From: Deltaproteobacteria bacterium
Lineage (GTDB): Bacteria; Desulfobacterota_D; UBA1144; Nemesobacterales; UBA2774
NCBI GenBank assembly: GCA_029262275.1
Contig: JAJCZS010000009.1
Span: forward strand, 4,284-68,283
DNA length: 64,000 nucleotides
Reading direction: 5' to 3'
Of this stretch, positions 59,706-64,000 are shown piece by piece. Under the pieces are notes generated by a model. That model worked only from the letters and a program-made list of their open reading frames with translations. It had not been told where the DNA came from and made no database searches. How positions within the stretch are numbered: the stretch's first letter is position 1; each line of letters begins with the position of its first letter. A program made the position numbers and the translations under genes.

Positions 59706-60443
59706 ATGCTAGATATATTATTTCCACAGAGATGCACTTCCTGCTACAAAGTACCCCTTAACAGCAATAGAATCTGCGGTACGTGTTACGATGACATAAA
59801 GTTTATTAGTAATTGGTCTTTTTGCTGTAAATGCGGCATTCCCTTTGGATTTTTTAATGCAGGAGATGAGGAATACTCCGAATCTAACTTTGAAGGGCAA
59901 GATAACCTGTGTGGTAAATGTATTGAGGACTTCTATTCTTTTCACAAGGCCAGATCAATTGCTATTTATGAAGGTAATATAAGGGATCTAATAATAAGTT
60001 TTAAGTACGAGGGAAAGCTGAGCAAAGCAGATTCTCTTTTAGAGATATTGTTCTCTAATTTCCCTAATGATTTGGACGAGTTTGACTCTATAGTGGCTGT
60101 ACCTCTACACATAGAAAAATTAAGAAAACGAGAGTATAACCAGTCTGTTATTCTGGCCACTGGAGTAGCAAATCATTTTGGCATAAAATGCGATTTGTTT
60201 GGGCTTAGAAGAATAAGAGATACTAGACCGCAGATAGAAATTACAAATGCTACTGAGAGAAGAAGAAACGTAAAGGGCGCCTTTTCAGTCTCAAAAGATA
60301 ATGGTTTTAAGGGTAGGTCTATATTGCTTATAGACGATGTATTCACAACAGGATCGACTAGTGATGAATGTGCTAAAATGTTACTTAAATCAGGTGCTTA
60401 CAAAGTTCAGGTACTTACACTCACAAGAGCCAGGGCTATGTAA
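59706..60443 (+). CDS. comF: ComF family phosphoribosyltransferase-like competence protein
   Basis: N-terminal Cys motifs, VPLH...REYNQS, LLIDDVFTTGST. Confidence 0.85.
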   Translation: MLDILFPQRCTSCYKVPLNSNRICGTCYDDIKFISNWSFCCKCGIPFGFFNAGDEEYSESNFEGQDNLCGKCIEDFYSFHKARSIAIYEGNIRDLIISFKYEGKLSKADSLLEILFSNFPNDLDEFDSIVAVPLHIEKLRKREYNQSVILATGVANHFGIKCDLFGLRRIRDTRPQIEITNATERRRNVKGAFSVSKDNGFKGRSILLIDDVFTTGSTSDECAKMLLKSGAYKVQVLTLTRARAM

Positions 60444-60546
60444 TTTCATTTGACTTTAAAGTACCTTTACTTTAGATTTAAACTATAAGATTTAAGTAAA
60501 TTACTTAAAATAATTGGCTTACATAAACATTTGGCTTACTAAAACT

Positions 60547-62046
60547 ATGTACGGAAGATTTGTCGGATTAGATATAAGTAGAAAGGACATTAGAGTCTCT
60601 CTTATCAAAAGAGGTCTTAGGGATGTCCAATTACTACAAACAATTAGTGCCGAGAGAGGGCCCTTAGCTGCAGGGGACTCTGACCCACTTGCGGAGACGT
60701 TTAAAGCTTATTCTCTTCCAAAGGGCGATATAGCGGCATCAATTGCTGAAACTCCTACTTCATTTAGAGTTGTAAGCTTTCCATTTTCAGATCCCAAGAA
60801 GATAGACCAGGTTTATGAATATGAGCTTGAGAATATTTCAACCTTTGATCCAAGGGACAAATTTCATGGCTACCATCTAGTTAAAAACGAAGCGGGCAGT
60901 GAAGCTCTAATATGTGTTTTTGAAAAAGAGCAAGTAGCTGATGTAGTCGAATCTTACAATGAGCATGGAATAGATCCCAAAATTATTACCTACACTCCTC
61001 TGGCCTTAGGTGCTTTAGATGAGTTTGTTTCAAGCAAGAGGCCTTTGTTGCTTATAGATTTTGGAGATCGTGAAATTAGCTATTCTCTTTTTGATGATAA
61101 TGGAATTAAAAGAGCTAGGTCGTCTACAAAATCTGTTCAAATGTTTATAGATAATCTCTATAAAAATAAAGAGCCTGACTATGATTGCGATTTTAGCCAA
61201 CTCACAATTGGAAGTGGGGACCCGGAGAGCATAGAAGAGTTCTTTGCCCCAATACTTAGTGAAATTAAAAAGACAATACAGTTTTTCGAGCTTGAGGTAA
61301 AAAACAATATTAAGAGTGTTGAGATTTCAGGCCCATTGTCTCTCATAGGCGGTATGAGTGATTATCTTAAGGATACGCTTAGCAAGGATGTGAGAAAAAT
61401 ATATATTCCTGACCTTGGTACTGATAAATCCCCACTATATGCAAAGTCATATGCACTAGCTCTTTATGGAAGTTCTTTTAAGAATGGATATTTAAATTTT
61501 AGAAAGGGCGAATTTAAATACGTGGGCATCGATCATGAATTAAAAAAGGTGTTCATGGTTCCAGGGGTGCTGTTAGCAATCTTAGTACTTTTCCTAATAT
61601 ATACTTCGGCTTCCTCATACTACGATCTTAAAAGTGATGTTAATGAAATAGAGGCACAGATTGCCCAGGTGGTGAAAAGCACATTTCCAGAGGCTAAAGT
61701 TATCCCAAAACCTATTGGGTTTATGAAGAGCGAAGTTGCTGATGTTAGAGAAAAACTTGATTTGATAGAAGGGGTTCAGGGCTCGCAAACACCACTTGAT
61801 GTACTTAAGGATATTTCGAGCAGTCTGCCAGAGAACCTTAAGTTAACTGTAAATGAGATAAGGTTTGAGAACTCTAGCACAATAAAGATACAGGGAGTAT
61901 GTGGATCCTATCAGGAAGTTGCTGAAATAGAAGAAGCGCTTACGAAGTCTGGGATATTTGAAACAGTTACTAGAAACCAAACTGGAAATGCTATCGATGG
62001 TAATACAAAATTTGAGATATCTGTTGTACTAAAATCAAAGGTTTGA
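60547..62046 (+). CDS. gspL: type II secretion system protein L (actin-like PilM domain + PilN-like domain)
   Basis: VGLDIS start, LLIDFG, single TM helix, periplasmic fimbrial-assembly-type domain; followed by GspM/GspN-like genes. Confidence 0.7.
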   Translation: MYGRFVGLDISRKDIRVSLIKRGLRDVQLLQTISAERGPLAAGDSDPLAETFKAYSLPKGDIAASIAETPTSFRVVSFPFSDPKKIDQVYEYELENISTFDPRDKFHGYHLVKNEAGSEALICVFEKEQVADVVESYNEHGIDPKIITYTPLALGALDEFVSSKRPLLLIDFGDREISYSLFDDNGIKRARSSTKSVQMFIDNLYKNKEPDYDCDFSQLTIGSGDPESIEEFFAPILSEIKKTIQFFELEVKNNIKSVEISGPLSLIGGMSDYLKDTLSKDVRKIYIPDLGTDKSPLYAKSYALALYGSSFKNGYLNFRKGEFKYVGIDHELKKVFMVPGVLLAILVLFLIYTSASSYYDLKSDVNEIEAQIAQVVKSTFPEAKVIPKPIGFMKSEVADVREKLDLIEGVQGSQTPLDVLKDISSSLPENLKLTVNEIRFENSSTIKIQGVCGSYQEVAEIEEALTKSGIFETVTRNQTGNAIDGNTKFEISVVLKSKV

Positions 62047-62047
62047 T

Positions 62048-62644
62048 ATGGATATAGATTCTATAAAACAAAAAATTAGAGAGCTTATTGAGAAATCTCG
62101 TGAGAAGTTCGACGGCTTAGTTAAAACAGAGCGAGACAAGAAAGTACTGATGCTGGGTGGATCAGCTATAGTTGTTATAGTTATCTATCTTATTTTTCAT
62201 TCGTATTCTTCTGGAGCCGATAATATGCAAAAAAGATATGCCCAGCTTGAAAGAGATCTTGTAGAAGTAAAAGCGTTAAAAGCAGAATATGAAGATTCTA
62301 AAAAGCAGCTTGTTGAGTTATCAAGCAAAATAAAGAAGGAAAACGAAGCGCTTATCTCAGTGGTTGAGAAAATATTATTAAATGAAAACCTTGATAGAAA
62401 GAATTTTTCAATTAGAGATGTAAATTCCAGGACAAATTCTGAAGAAGATTTTTATGAAGAAAAAAGCGTTGATGTAGAACTAAATAGAATATCTCTTAAT
62501 AGTTTAGTAGAGATTTTGTATAAACTGCAAAAAAGACCTTCTCTTAAGGTCTCTAATTTGAATATAAGCACAAAATTTGATAAATCTGATTCGATGAAAG
62601 TGAAGCTGCGTGTGTCCACTTTCGAGTTCAAACAGGTGAGTTAA
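62048..62644 (+). CDS. type II secretion system protein M-like
   Basis: ER+K then TM helix, coiled coil, LVEILYKLQ; position between gspL- and gspN-like genes. Confidence 0.65.
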   Translation: MDIDSIKQKIRELIEKSREKFDGLVKTERDKKVLMLGGSAIVVIVIYLIFHSYSSGADNMQKRYAQLERDLVEVKALKAEYEDSKKQLVELSSKIKKENEALISVVEKILLNENLDRKNFSIRDVNSRTNSEEDFYEEKSVDVELNRISLNSLVEILYKLQKRPSLKVSNLNISTKFDKSDSMKVKLRVSTFEFKQVS

Positions 62645-62645
62645 A

Positions 62646-63551
62646 ATGAAAGGTTTCAAAGAAAAAATAAAAAATTATAAACATATAGTACCTCTGTCAT
62701 ACATTTCATTTTTTGTAGTGGCTTTTTTCGTTTTTTTATTATTAACTTTTCCTGGCGATATAGTTAAGAAAAGGCTCATATCAGAGATACAAAACAGCAC
62801 TCCCTATAATGTTGATATCAAAACTGCAAATGTTTCGCCTCTACTAAATATTAATCTGAAGGGAGTCACAATACATAAATCGCGCACCCAGTTTATAGAG
62901 CTGGACAGTGTAGCTATAAAACCCTCACTCTTATCAATATTCTCAGACTCACAGAAAATACCTTTCACAGCTAAGCTGCATGGCGGGCAGGTGAATGGAA
63001 CTCTTAAAGTAAATAAGAAAACAAATAAAGTTGAAGAGATTGAAGCAAATATAAAGGATTTAAAAGTTGATTCTATTCCTGATTTTCTCTCTAAACAAGG
63101 CAAATCAGAGATACTTATTCATGGCAGACTCAATGGAGACCTATTCGTTGAGTTTATTCCACAGCCTAAGGGCGAATTTGATTTTGTTGTAGAGGGACTT
63201 GAATTGGACAACCTAAAGGTAAAGGGGATGAAGCTTCCTCCTTTAGCTAACCTTACATCAAAATTTAATGGCAATATTGCAAATGAACTTACAAACATTG
63301 ATGAGTTAAGTATTGTGGGTGATGGTATTGATATAGAAATCACTGGTGCTGCCCCACTGATTTGGGATATGTCCCACGGCGGTATTCTCGACTTGGGTTA
63401 CCGGGTAGAAATAACAAATAACGATCTTGTAAAATACAAAGCATTTCTATCTCCTTATTTAGCTCAGCATAGGGACGGAAGCCTGGGTGGTAAGATATTG
63501 GGTACTGTTAACAACCCAAGATTTGAGAAGGATTCAGTAAAGATTCGTTAA
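62646..63551 (+). CDS. gspN: type II secretion system protein N (deltaproteobacterial type)
   Basis: FLLLTFPGD N terminus, IKPSLLSIF, GTVNNP C terminus. Confidence 0.7.
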   Translation: MKGFKEKIKNYKHIVPLSYISFFVVAFFVFLLLTFPGDIVKKRLISEIQNSTPYNVDIKTANVSPLLNINLKGVTIHKSRTQFIELDSVAIKPSLLSIFSDSQKIPFTAKLHGGQVNGTLKVNKKTNKVEEIEANIKDLKVDSIPDFLSKQGKSEILIHGRLNGDLFVEFIPQPKGEFDFVVEGLELDNLKVKGMKLPPLANLTSKFNGNIANELTNIDELSIVGDGIDIEITGAAPLIWDMSHGGILDLGYRVEITNNDLVKYKAFLSPYLAQHRDGSLGGKILGTVNNPRFEKDSVKIR

Positions 63552-63573
63552 TAAGTAAAAGGATCAACAGAAT

Positions 63574-63840
63574 TTGAGCGAAAAAGAGTTAGAGGAACAA
63601 CTTAGGAATGAGGGCTTTTCAGGTATTTTCGTTCACCGTGACTCACCAGGCGCTTACTATCCCGACCACACACACTTAGGCATAACTGCCCATATTGTTT
63701 TAGAAGGTGAAATCACAGTTACCTCCCAAGGACAAACAATCACATATAAATCTGGAGAAAGGTTTGATGTTCCCTCAGGTGAGGTTCATTCTGCACAAAT
63801 AGGCCCACAAGGCTGCCGATATATGATCGGCGAAAAATAG
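63574..63840 (+). CDS. small cupin domain protein
   Basis: HTH...HIVLEGE...VPSGEVHSA. Confidence 0.85.
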   Translation: MSEKELEEQLRNEGFSGIFVHRDSPGAYYPDHTHLGITAHIVLEGEITVTSQGQTITYKSGERFDVPSGEVHSAQIGPQGCRYMIGEK

Positions 63841-63940
63841 TCTTTCCTAACTTTACAATCTTTTTTTCCTAGCAAGAGTCCAATTAAATATTTAAGTTTT
63901 GATGCCCAATTTGTGATATTCTTTTGGTAGGGGTGAAATC

Positions 63941-64000
63941 ATGAAACACAAATTCTTTCTTAGAGTTTTGGCTATCAGTTTTATACTGATTTTTTTGGGA
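63941..64000 (+). CDS. start of a probable secreted protein (runs off the window end)
   Basis: MKHKFFLRVLAISFILIFLG after an AGGGGTG RBS-like sequence. Confidence 0.5.
   Translation, partial: MKHKFFLRVLAISFILIFLG

Noticed and set aside
1010-63343. Many short ORF-track entries antisense to or nested in well-supported genes (e.g. 1010-1201, 10160-10462, 14940-15296, 21095-21355, 44225-44509, 53698-54009, 62804-63103)
   Set aside because: They overlap genes with clear family motifs and have no RBS or motif support; treated as shadow ORFs.
1-64000. CRISPR array, rRNA or prophage structural module
   Set aside because: No regularly spaced short repeats, rRNA-like sequence or capsid/terminase/tail motifs were seen.

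Overview
AT-rich bacterial chromosome segment next to oriC (dnaA-dnaN with DnaA boxes and DnaA-trios). Three IPTL-CTERM surface proteins and the gene set suggest a Desulfobacterota/Ca. Dadabacteria-like host (inference only). The left arm holds housekeeping genes (leuA, queF, hisBH, ybeY, thiL, slt, tRNA-Gln) and a tandem triplet of beta-helix proteins. The main feature is a 25.6-kb element (22965-48529) inserted into comM by a large serine recombinase. The CT crossover core and a near-palindromic attP can be rebuilt by hand, and excision restores an intact comM frame ([15 protein letters not shown]). attP lies inside the 3' end of the integrase ORF: the integrated gene ends ...TSYS*, while the excised circle would encode ...TSY plus a 29-aa tail (LRCGLKTTYFYPFIAIVQESIRLRSRPKY*). 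A second, IS3-truncated left end at 38295-38372 keeps the same tail in frame, and the similarity stops at the stop codon. This points to an integration-dependent integrase C-terminal switch and a tandem composite island. Cargo includes two cytochrome P460 genes, a sigma54-EBP/STAS/ECF module with three -24/-12 promoters, an HUH Rep-like gene, umuDC, an AlbA_2 ATPase and a DUF6788-like/HNH-like fusion. A decayed copy of the comM 3' end brackets a Tat-MBL hydrolase/CobW cassette downstream. All calls come from motif reading, with no database searches.
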